Source: an uncultured virus (IMG/VR IMGVR_UViG_3300032304_000757)
Taxonomy: Duplodnaviria > Heunggongvirae > Uroviricota > Caudoviricetes
Length of the DNA: 64,000 nucleotides
Virus record (IMG/VR): IMGVR_UViG_3300032304_000757
Reading direction: 5' to 3' (one strand)
Part shown: positions 48,342 to 58,600 of the stretch, in pieces
Layout of the letters: each line of letters opens with the position of its first letter
How positions within the stretch are numbered: position 1 is the stretch's first letter
The notes under the pieces: model-generated
The model's database searches: none
What the model saw: the letters and a program-made list of their open reading frames with translations, nothing else
Told to the model about the DNA's origin: nothing
Program-made: the position numbers and the translations under genes

Positions 48342-49036
48342 TGTTAAATGTTATTTGTCTAAAACACGGTACCAAGTACGGACCGGAATACGTAAACAAA
48401 CTATATAACATGGTTCGTCGGCATCTCCACGTGCCTTATCGATTCGTCTGCTTTACAGACGACACTACCAATATTAATCCGGATATTGAAATACGTATGC
48501 TTCCAACAGCAGCCATAGCAGGATGGTGGTGGAAGCCGTATGTGTTTAAAGCAGACCATTTTCCAATAGGTGATACTAATTTATTTTTAGATTTAGACAC
48601 TGTTATTGTAAGAAACTTTACACAACTCACCGAATATCTTCCTGGCAAATTTCTTGGTCTTCGAGATGTTGGACGAGTATTTCGACAATCGTATCAAAAA
48701 TTAGGCAGTGCCGTAATGCGATGGCCCGCCGGACAGTATTCCAATATATGGACTGACATGGAAAAAAATCACAGCATCATGAGAAAGTTTCACGGTGATC
48801 AAGATTGGATTTGGCATCTACATAAAAACAATATAACATTTTATCCAGACCCGTGGATTAGAAGCTACAAATGGGAAATACGATCTAAAGAAGAAATTTC
48901 AGGAGTTGGTCCTAGAGCAAGATTTATTTCTGTTAGAAACCCCGTAATTCCTGTAGACTGTTGTATATTAGCATTTCACGGACACCCAAGAGTAGACCAA
49001 GTATTCGATCAAGTTATTGTAGATAACTGGCAATAA
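48341..49036 (+). CDS. GT-A fold glycosyltransferase-like protein
   Basis: FVCFTD, WWKP, FLDLD, GDQDWI, FHG.P. Confidence 0.8.
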   Translation: MLNVICLKHGTKYGPEYVNKLYNMVRRHLHVPYRFVCFTDDTTNINPDIEIRMLPTAAIAGWWWKPYVFKADHFPIGDTNLFLDLDTVIVRNFTQLTEYLPGKFLGLRDVGRVFRQSYQKLGSAVMRWPAGQYSNIWTDMEKNHSIMRKFHGDQDWIWHLHKNNITFYPDPWIRSYKWEIRSKEEISGVGPRARFISVRNPVIPVDCCILAFHGHPRVDQVFDQVIVDNWQ

Positions 49037-49826
49037 GTTTTTGCGGTATTCCCTGTTCCATTTCTTCCTGGGTCCATTCGGTCCAACACAAGTCATTCAG
49101 CCATTGCTGTCTATCTGGTCTACTAGGATTTTCAATTAACTTTAAATCTAAGTTTGCTACAGGTGCTGCTAGACTAGCCGATCCTACAAACGCTGGTACA
49201 CCATTTATTACTGCCTGTATTCCTGGATTAGAATTCCACCCGACCACTGCCCACGATTGTTGTATTGCTCGATCAAATGTATCGTTGTTAACTGTTACTG
49301 ATCCCCGTAGTCGTACAGGATATCGAGGATGGGGTCTAAAAACAATCGGGCGATCAGTGTATTGTTTTAATGTACTGATAGTTTGTTCTACCCATAGGTT
49401 CATCGGAGGCTGATTATTCCACTGTTGACTGTTTTCATGTTGGCCACATATTAAAATGTGTTGTCCTGTGTTTGTCCAATCTTTTAAACGTATTCCTAAT
49501 TGATCAGCACGACTACTATCGTTACCAGTCGGATTAAAATACGAACCTAGATTTATTCCGTTTATTCCAATCTTCCATGTCTTGTTTCGAATTAAATTTC
49601 CAATTTCTAAAACAATAACGGGCTTGCCTAGATTTCTATACCTATCCCATATGCCCTTATTCTGTCGCATTCTTCCGTTCCAGAGTACACTCCAAATAAC
49701 TGCGACATCACCAGATCCGCCCAACGGACTAATTTCTTGTTTGGCTTTTAACAACCCCATTTTAAAACTTTCAAAAATTGGAGGACTATTTAACGCACCA
49801 AATTGAGGATAGAGATCATACTTCAT
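49014..49826 (-). CDS. capsule-biosynthesis (KpsS/KpsC-like) glycosyltransferase-like protein
   Basis: ILICGQ, FRPHP, NSNPGIQAVINGVP. Confidence 0.65.
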   Translation of the reverse strand: MKYDLYPQFGALNSPPIFESFKMGLLKAKQEISPLGGSGDVAVIWSVLWNGRMRQNKGIWDRYRNLGKPVIVLEIGNLIRNKTWKIGINGINLGSYFNPTGNDSSRADQLGIRLKDWTNTGQHILICGQHENSQQWNNQPPMNLWVEQTISTLKQYTDRPIVFRPHPRYPVRLRGSVTVNNDTFDRAIQQSWAVVGWNSNPGIQAVINGVPAFVGSASLAAPVANLDLKLIENPSRPDRQQWLNDLCWTEWTQEEMEQGIPQKLIASYLQ

Positions 49827-49836
49827 AATGTATATA

Positions 49837-49865
49837 TTGACTTTTCTCGTCAGTGGTAGTATAAT
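49837..49865 (+). promoter_or_regulatory. sigma70-type promoter giving a probably leaderless mRNA
   Basis: TTGACT-17 nt-TATAAT; ATG begins 7 nt after the -10; no RBS. Confidence 0.8.
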
Positions 49866-49871
49866 AAGACT

Positions 49872-50147
49872 ATGAATACAATTACACGTGAACAATTATC
49901 CGATCTACTACACACCGGTGAGTGCGTTGTAGAATTTACCAAAGTTAACGGCGAAGTGCGTACAATGCCTTGTACACTCGATCCACAGATCGTTCCACCT
50001 GCTCCTGAACCAAAAGTTCTAGCAGAAGGAGAAGTTCTAAAAATTAAGAAACATAATCCAGACGTAATGAGCGTTTGGTGTTTAGACAAAAAGGAATGGC
50101 GTTCCTTCCGTATCGCCAATGTTATTTCTGCGAAAGTTAAAGAATGA
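49872..50147 (+). CDS. WYL_2/SH3-fold phage protein
   Basis: VEFTKVNGEVRTMPCTL...WRSFR. Confidence 0.8.
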   Translation: MNTITREQLSDLLHTGECVVEFTKVNGEVRTMPCTLDPQIVPPAPEPKVLAEGEVLKIKKHNPDVMSVWCLDKKEWRSFRIANVISAKVKE

Positions 50148-51166
50148 TCAAACGCATAGGCTTTGCCTGTAAGTGGATTGACGGTCCTAGCCAAATTGAT
50201 GGCATAAAACAAAAGGATAACTGTAAACAATATAACACAGGTAGTACCACTGTAGCATGGTTAAATAGACAGACTAGAGATGTTGCGGAACAAAAACTAT
50301 GGGATCTGATGGCAGGTAACATAGAAGCGGTACGTAAACTTGTTACTCTGGTAGGAGAACAAGATGAAAGTCTTAGAATGGTACGACTCAGTAGCGATAT
50401 CCTTCCTGTCTACACTGAGCCAACTTGGGGCGGGTATTGGCGGAATCCCGACGTCAGAGCCTATTGCGAAAGAGAATTTAAACGAGTCGGAGATATTGCT
50501 CGTGAGAAAGACGTTCGGTTATCTTTTCATCCTGGCCAGTTTACTGTGTTGGCTAGCGATAATCCAGATATTGTAAACAGATCAATAGAGGAGTTTGAAT
50601 ATCATGTGGACATGGCTCGTTGGATGGGGTATGGCAAAGAGTTTCAGGACTTTAAGATTAATGTACATATCGCAGGTAGACAAGGTCCAGCCGGTATCCG
50701 TAGTGCTTTGGCACGGATGACCCCCGAAGCAAGAAATACCCTTACAATCGAAAACGACGAAATGACATGGGGCATTGAAGACAGCATTGAGCTAGTCAAC
50801 GACTGTGCCTTAGTCTTAGACATACATCACCATTGGATTAAAACTGGAGAATACATTGAACCTACTGACGATCGTGTTAAAATGGTTATTGATAGTTGGC
50901 GTGGTCAGCGTCCTGTTATACACTATAGTCTATCACGGGAAGACTGTCTTATTGGCCATCCCCAACACATCCGCCCCGATCTTTGGCCGCTATTAGAAAG
51001 CGGACATAAAAAAGCAAAACTCAGAGCACATTCAAATTTTTACTGGAATACAGCATCAAATGAATGGGCACTGAGTTTTAGAGATCAATTCGATATCATG
51101 TGCGAAAGCAAGGCTAAAAATCTAGCATCGTTCGCACTTTACGAACAAGCCAATCAGATCACTTAG
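50144..51166 (+). CDS. uvsE: UV-damage endonuclease
   Basis: RIGFAC, RLSSD, SFHPGQF, IENDE, LDIHHH, HS, ESKAK. Confidence 0.93.
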   Translation: MIKRIGFACKWIDGPSQIDGIKQKDNCKQYNTGSTTVAWLNRQTRDVAEQKLWDLMAGNIEAVRKLVTLVGEQDESLRMVRLSSDILPVYTEPTWGGYWRNPDVRAYCEREFKRVGDIAREKDVRLSFHPGQFTVLASDNPDIVNRSIEEFEYHVDMARWMGYGKEFQDFKINVHIAGRQGPAGIRSALARMTPEARNTLTIENDEMTWGIEDSIELVNDCALVLDIHHHWIKTGEYIEPTDDRVKMVIDSWRGQRPVIHYSLSREDCLIGHPQHIRPDLWPLLESGHKKAKLRAHSNFYWNTASNEWALSFRDQFDIMCESKAKNLASFALYEQANQIT

Positions 51167-51401
51167 CTTTCGGTTTACGACTTGATTTCTTTCCAGCTGC
51201 TGCTTTTTTAGGAGCAGCTTTTTTTGCTGGTGCTCGTTTGGCTTTGGCCACTGCCGCTGCCTTGTTTTCAGCAGTGACTTCTGCTGCTGTCGTCTCGACT
51301 GCAGGCTGAACAACTTCAACTGGTGGAGTTTCTACCTTGTAGGGAACTTCAACAGATTCCGCCGGCTTGCTGCCAAAAAGTTTTTTGATTAATCCTAGCA
51401 T
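51159..51401 (-). CDS. small protein with Ala/Lys-rich (H1-like) tail
   Basis: AGGAG RBS, TATAAATA upstream, PAKKAAPKKAAA. Confidence 0.8.
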   Translation of the reverse strand: MLGLIKKLFGSKPAESVEVPYKVETPPVEVVQPAVETTAAEVTAENKAAAVAKAKRAPAKKAAPKKAAAGKKSSRKPKAK

Positions 51402-51457
51402 ATTAAAATCTCCTTGTGGGTTATTTATATGGTAAATATCATGAAGGATATGTAAAA

Positions 51458-51847
51458 ATGGCTTATTCAGACAAAGTTATTGATCACTATGAAAATCCAC
51501 GCAACGTAGGTAGCTTTGCTAAAGACGAGGACGGAGTAGGTACCGGCATGGTTGGTGCTCCTGCTTGTGGCGATGTAATGAAACTACAAATAAAGGTAGA
51601 CGAAAATGGCATCATCCAGGATGCGAAGTTTAAAACGTACGGCTGTGGCTCAGCGATCGCGAGCTCGAGTTTGGTTACTGAATGGCTCAAAGGAAAAACT
51701 CTTGACGAAGCCGGAACAATTAAAAACAAAGAAATAGCCGAAGAACTAGCCTTACCTCCAGTAAAGATACATTGCTCAATCTTAGCTGAAGATGCTATTA
51801 AAGCCGCAGTAGCTGACTATAAATCCAAACATGATATCAATAACTGA
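51458..51847 (+). CDS. iscU: Fe-S cluster scaffold IscU
   Basis: MAYSDKVIDHYENPRNVG, APACGD, YGCGSA, LPPVKIHC. Confidence 0.97.
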   Translation: MAYSDKVIDHYENPRNVGSFAKDEDGVGTGMVGAPACGDVMKLQIKVDENGIIQDAKFKTYGCGSAIASSSLVTEWLKGKTLDEAGTIKNKEIAEELALPPVKIHCSILAEDAIKAAVADYKSKHDINN

Positions 51848-52154
51848 AATTGCTGCCTGTAAAGTAAAAGAATCCCTTGTTCGTCGAGGCAAAGGATTTG
51901 GAATCAAAGTAGGTGTAAAAACCACTGGGTGTTCAGGACTAGCGTACACTATAGAGTATGTAGACAATCCTAACGAACACTGTATGGAACATCACGATGT
52001 AAACGGAGTAAGAATTTACATAGACCCAAAACATAGACCGTATTTGTACGGCACAACTATGGATTGGACTAAAAAAGGTTTAAACGAAGGATTCGATTTT
52101 ATTAACCCCAACGAAAAAGATCGTTGTGGGTGTGGTGAATCTTTTCGAGTATAG
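51831..52154 (+). CDS. iscA: A-type Fe-S carrier IscA
   Basis: TGCSGLAY, CGCGESF. Confidence 0.95.
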   Translation: MISITEIAACKVKESLVRRGKGFGIKVGVKTTGCSGLAYTIEYVDNPNEHCMEHHDVNGVRIYIDPKHRPYLYGTTMDWTKKGLNEGFDFINPNEKDRCGCGESFRV

Positions 52155-52155
52155 A

Positions 52156-52252
52156 ACACCTACCTTAGGACCGGTACTAGTTACCGAAGGTGTGCCCGGC
52201 TGCTGGGCTGTAGTTAGTAGGAGTCGTGCCCAAACGCTACTGAAGTGAGCAC
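52156..52252 (+). ncRNA. putative small structured RNA downstream of iscA
   Basis: GC-rich intergenic stretch with three stems and a possible pseudoknot; strand assumed. Confidence 0.45.
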
Positions 52253-52539
52253 TAATTTTTCCCCACAGGCAGTGTAGAACTAGCAGGCATATCCCATATA
52301 GCTTTACGTTCCACTGCTTTTCTTTTGGCAAATCGTTTAGCATCACAATTAGAGCAAACATGAAAATAGTTGTTGCTTAGTCTACGGTAATCTATTTGCT
52401 TTAGATCTCTTTCAAATGTATCGTTACAATTATCACAGCGAAACAAAGCCACAGTTTTAGATCGTGAATACGAATGTTTCACACCAAGTTTGCTGGTGCG
52501 TATATATTCCAGTGTACGGATTTCTTTCTTTAAGAACAT
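52252..52539 (-). CDS. small zinc-ribbon-like protein
   Basis: CDNC...CSNC; TAAATA 5 nt upstream of the ATG. Confidence 0.75.
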   Translation of the reverse strand: MFLKKEIRTLEYIRTSKLGVKHSYSRSKTVALFRCDNCNDTFERDLKQIDYRRLSNNYFHVCSNCDAKRFAKRKAVERKAIWDMPASSTLPVGKN

Positions 52540-52611
52540 AAAGTTATTTACATTCGGCTTACAAAATTTTGGGCTAAATATCAATTATAAGGTATTCAAC
52601 GGAGTTCTCTA

Positions 52612-55600
52612 ATGTCAAGAAAAGAAATTAATATTGGTATCGAAGGTAATGACGGTACAGGCGACAGTATTCGCGACTCGTTCCAAAAAGTCAATCAAAA
52701 CTTCACAGAGCTATATGCTATCCTAGGTCAAGGCGGAAAACTGTCATTTATTGGTCTAGATGATGTTGAAAAAGACAGAGCTCTTAAAGAGTACAGAACT
52801 GCTGACAATAATAGAATTTTAGTTGTTGATGCTGAAGGCGAACAAATTGTTTTTAAAGAACTAGTAGGTTCTGAAACTATTATTGTTAATCAAAGTTTTC
52901 CAGGACAAATTCGACTAAGTTCTCTAGCATCAGCATTGATCAACGACCCTGATCCAACATTACAAACTAACTTAAATGCTAACTTTAAACGACTAACAAA
53001 CGTAAGTGAAGCTACAGAAGACTCTGATGCTTCTACAAAAGGATATGTAGACACCAAACTTAGTTTAGATGGCACTGATTCTGAAGATGTCAGCGGCAAT
53101 GCTAGGCCCGATTGGGGAGTAATGCGTGGCCCATTGGTCCTATCTAGAAATCCTATCGAATCAGACGACCTAGAATATAACGGTCTTGTTGCTGCTACCA
53201 AAGCCTACGTTGATAGTAAGACATTTATCAGCCAATATAACATCTATGTAAGTCCGTTAGGTCAAGACGAACGCACAGATATTCCTCAAAATCAGATAGG
53301 AAGATCAGAAGCCACAGCATTTGCCAGTGTTCAAAGGGCCTGCGAAGTAGCTGAAGAACTAGTAAACAATGCTCCGTTGGAGCTAGGACCGTATCAAAAG
53401 ATATTAACCTATGCTAACGGAACAAAGATATGCCAAGTTGTATCTGTTGAAGAATCAGAACTTTCAGGACTTGGTTGTACCGCCGAAGCTAGAATGGGTA
53501 TTGACGATGTTGGCTCACCATTCCAGATTCTTATTGCCGGTACCGGATATCAGAAAGATGACATCCTTGCCCCAACAGGCGGAACTTTCTTAGGACAAGA
53601 AGCACAGTTTAGAGTTATTGCTGTTGACTTTGCTGGATCTATTTTACAATTAGCAATCAATGAAGATGCCGACGGAGTAAAACAAAACGGTATCTACAGT
53701 ATTTTACCTGCTAGCCACATAGACAACGATTATTTACTGCTGTCTGGTGGATCTGGATCAGGTACTGCTCGTGTACGTGCACGCTGGAAAGTAACTCAAA
53801 TTGATGTTACCGATACTGGCGAAGGTTATACTTCTGCTTCAGTAATTTTTACAGGTGGCGGCGGTACTGGCACTGAGGCATTTATTACAGAAATCGGCGG
53901 AGAGATTAAAGAAATCACTGTATCCAAACCAGGTATAGGATATACCAGTGTTCCATCAGTTGATGTATTTTTACCAAGATTGTTAATTACCACCGAAAGA
54001 CTTAATACAGATTTCTTAGATGATATTCGAGAAGGTCAGGCCCTACGAGGTGAAACCTCAGGTGCGTTGGCAAGAATTGTTCAACACGACGGAGCACTCG
54101 ATGAAGATGGTAATGAAATTTTTGAAATTGAGATTTTAAATGGTGTTTTTCAAATCGGTGAAAGTGTAAAATATTCTGACCTAACTAGAAATATTCAAAT
54201 TACCATTCATGCTGAAACAGGTATCTACTACGAAAACTATCCATTAAGACTAGCAGAAAACGTTACTCTACGTGGTGACGATCTTCGTAGAACAATCATT
54301 AGACCAAAACCAGGCATTAGCCAATCACCGTGGGCTAGAGTTTTCTTTAGAAGAGATACAGTAATTGACGGTCTGCGAGTAACTGGTTTTGAATACGGAT
54401 ATCAATATCTTACTGATCCATTAGACTACTCTAGTCAACCAAAAAACAACGATCAAATGGATGTGTTGTTGTGTAACGATGCCACACGTGCATCAGAGTT
54501 ATCATTCCAGGGCCACGGTGGTTTCGTAATGGTTCTAGACCCTAGCGGTCAAATTCTTTCTAAATCACCGTACTTTCAAACCGGTACTAGTTTTGCTAAA
54601 AGCACAAACGAAAAACAATTTGCTGGTGGACAATACATTGACGGGTTCTCTGGAAACCTAGAAGGTATTCTATTAGGAAACGTAGCTGTTGATCCTAGCG
54701 ATCCAGCATACATTCCATCCGAACCTTCAACCCATCAAGAATATGAAAAAGTAATCATTGGTGGGTTGCTTCGTGAACCTAGCCTACCAACTTCGTTTGA
54801 TGTTAACGATCAATTGTATCGAATCACGTTGACAAATAGAGTTGAAACAGATTTATTTGATGCTAAAATTTTATTAGAAAGAAACAGAAGATTTATTCAA
54901 ACAGAAACAGTTTCTTTTGTTAACGGAGAGTTTCCAACTTTAGATTTTGATGCTGATAAGTGTTTTCGAGATGTTGGATTACTTGTTGATGCGGTTGTTG
55001 AAGATGTTATATATGGAGGTTTTCTAAATAGCACCGAAGCAGCTCGACTTTACTTTGTAGGCGGTAATACCGTTGTGTCAGGTCAGGTTACTGAAACAGT
55101 AGCAGCCGTTGTCAAGGCTAAAGAAGTTGCTGTTGCTGTTATTACTCAAGATCCCGATTATGCTCGAGTTGGTACAGTAGATCAAACATTTTTGCCGGCA
55201 TACCCAAACGGTGGTGATGCTCAAGCAGTGGTAGAACAAGCATTTGATCTTATTGCTAATATTATCGAATATGGTGAATCAATCTACAAGGCTAAGAATC
55301 TATTACAGACTAATAAAGAAATTATTCAAGCCGAAACTATTGCTTACCTAGATGCTCTTTACCCAACATTAAATTACGATAGAGACACCTGTTATAGAGA
55401 CGTTGGATATATTATCGATGCATGGTCTATTGATATATTCGGCGATTATAATAATTCAGTACGTGCCGGATATGCCTATTACAAACAAGGCACTAGAATT
55501 ATTCCAGATTCTGGACCTCAGAGTCAGTTAGCAGAAACAATTGACGGTATCGAATACGCTGCGTTATTGGCCAAACGAATTGTTAAAAATATAGCATTAG

Positions 55601-58600
55601 GAGGATTGGTTAGAACCGCAAAAACATTTAACCCAACTGCTAACATTGATTTAACTGCTAACACTATAACAATTTTAGATCACGGCTTTAAGAGCGGATC
55701 CAGAGTCAAGTATAGCAGCGGCGGCGGGAACTCTATTGTTGTTGACAATTTAGATGACGAGAATGGCGATCCTATTGACGATCTAAACGATTTAGTTTTC
55801 TATGTGTTTGTTGTCGACGGAGACAATATTCAACTAGTAGAAAATCTTCCATTATTAATTGCCAAAGAAAAAGGTGTTAGTACATCTATCGAATTAAACA
55901 TAGTTGGCACCGGTAGCGGAACTACTCATACATTAGAATACTTTCAAGTTACTGACCCGGAATTAGTAGTATCTGATATTACAGATTCTGGTGTTGAAGC
56001 TGCTATCGACAATGCTACAACTTATATAACAACGTTAATATCAGGTGATAGCGGCGGCGTTCCTGGAATATATCCGCAGTACGAATGCGTGTTAGATAGT
56101 GATTATATTGGCAGTGGGAACGGTGTTGTTGGAAAAGTTACACTAAGCACAGCTGGTAATAAATCTATGCTAGGTAACGACTTTACACAAGTTAACGACA
56201 TGGGCTACGGTATTTTCTGTAATAACAACGGCCTAAGTGAACAGGTGTCTGTGTTTACCTACTACTGCTACACTGCGTTTTATTCATTGAACGGTGCTCA
56301 GATTCGATCACTAAACGGTTCATCAGCACACGGAGTATTTGGTCTTAAAGCTGAAGGTAATGATCCTAACGAAATTCCAGACACAGTATTCTTAAAATTT
56401 CCAATGATTCAGATTGCTGAAGCCTACGAGGATCTTCCGTTAGAAATTGAAAATGCTCGCAACGGCGAATCAATTTGGGTAACCAACTACAGTTATTTGC
56501 CTAGAGCAGGTTGTATTGTTGATATCGATCACACTGGTGATCGTACTGACACTATCAATCCAGTAGCATCTGTTGTTGCTGGTATTAGATACGAAATTGC
56601 CACATTAGGCTCAACAGACTGGAACGCTATTGCTGACACCAGCGGAATTGTTTATGCTGTCGGTGATCAGTTTACCACCGTAGGAGCTGGCAACGGTGAC
56701 GGTACTGTTTATACATTAACTACCGCTGGTCAGCGATCATATGTTGTCGAAACCGTTAGTATTTCTGGATTGCCCGATGGAGTTGCTAAACTACAATTGA
56801 GCACTGTGGCAGCTAATGCTGGTCTTGTTGTGTATGTTAAACCAGGAAAGCCAGTTGTTATTAGAAGCAACGAAGAATTTGTTCTAGGTGATAAAGAGGA
56901 AGTTGTAGCAGTACGTCCTTCCACTGCATTGATCTTTGATGAAAACAGAGGTACAGCAATCCGACTATTGAGCTTTAACCAATACGACGAACCAGATGCT
57001 GGGCCAGACGATCAAATTATTACAACTCGAGATGGTTATCAATATGTTAAACTAACCATTCTAAAAGATACCGAAGCGTTTGATTTGCCAACCGGGTTTG
57101 GCGAAGTTGGTGATGATAGAGTTATCGTACAAGCGTTGAACTTTAGAGATTCTAAACGTGTGGTTTTCCCAACTACCGGCGCTACTATCTATGACGGATC
57201 AACCACAGGCACTGGCGGAATGATATTTGGTTATCAAGATTCCATGTACGAAATAACTGATTACCAAGTTAACAATTTAGATCCTAATAATATATTTGGT
57301 GTTATTAGTTTTAAAAACATTACTAACCCGTTAGCTGAAGCTAGAACTTATACAATATCAGTTACAGGATCATTACCTGCTCAAGTTGCTACTACTACAG
57401 ATCATAATTTATCTGATAGTAGACGAGTAAAAATTAACGGTTCTAACTTTTATGTTAAAAACGTAATTAGTAATGTAACACACGGACCACTTAGCGGTAC
57501 AAACATATTCCCAGCAACAGGAGGCGGTGCTAGTGCTACTTTTACCATCACTAGAACCAACGATATCAGCTACGCTGGAATAGCAATCAACACCGCTGGT
57601 ACTGGTTACGATATTGGCGATACAATTAAAATTTTAGGTACCAGCCTAGGCGGAACAAGTCCTGAAAACGATGTTCTCATAACTGTTAACGACATAGGCG
57701 GAAGCGGAGATATTACCGAAGCAATTATATCTAGAGGCATTGCTAAACAAGTCAGAATGGAGTTACAACTGTACTCAGACGAGGAGTTAACGATTCCTGT
57801 CAACTCAAGTGCGTTAGGAGTTGACACTTCTATGGATGTACTAGGCGGATTAACATATTCACCACTAGAAGCAAACGGCACCAATGTATCATTTGATGCT
57901 GGTATTAGAGCAGGAGCAACAGGCACTGTTACTGTTAACATTTCTACAATGCGAGCAACAGGACATGACTTCTTAGACATTGGTACTGGTTCATATGCCG
58001 ATACTAACTACCCGAGTAACATTTTTGGAGAGCCGGCTAACGAACCCGATGTTGAAGCACAAGTAGTTGAAGTAACAACAGGTCGTGTGTTCTATGTAAG
58101 TACTGATCAAAACGGTAACTTCAAAGTTGGTGACTTCTTTGCTGTTGACCAAGGCACTGGTAAACTTACACTCGATGCTAAGATTGACTTGAAAGGTATT
58201 GACTCTCTCAAGTTACGTTCTGGTAATGAGATTTTTGAATTTACCAACGACATCACTATGGGCGGTGAAGGTGCTGCTGACCCTCAAGCTGTTCCAACAG
58301 AATATGCTATTAGAAGTTATATTGACAAACGACTAGGTCTTAACCACTTTGGTGTGAGAGTGACTGACGGTCTAAGAGGTCCAGGTTTCCTAGCACTCGA
58401 CGGCTCGTTGGCTGTTAAAGGTACCATAGAAATGGACAATAATACTTTACGTAATCTGCCTGCTCCAAGAAAAGGTGCCGTCGGGGATACTGAAGCGGTA
58501 CCTAAGTTCTATATGAGACTAGGTAACCTAGAAGATAGTCCAGAATACTGGAGACCAGCAGAAGGGTTGCCAACCTATGCAATTCAAAGAGCTGATATTT

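Noticed and set aside
3602..52154. Genome-wide amber (TAG) recoding
   Set aside because: infA and iscA end in TAG at their expected C-termini, long ORFs are intact under code 11, and no suppressor tRNA is seen
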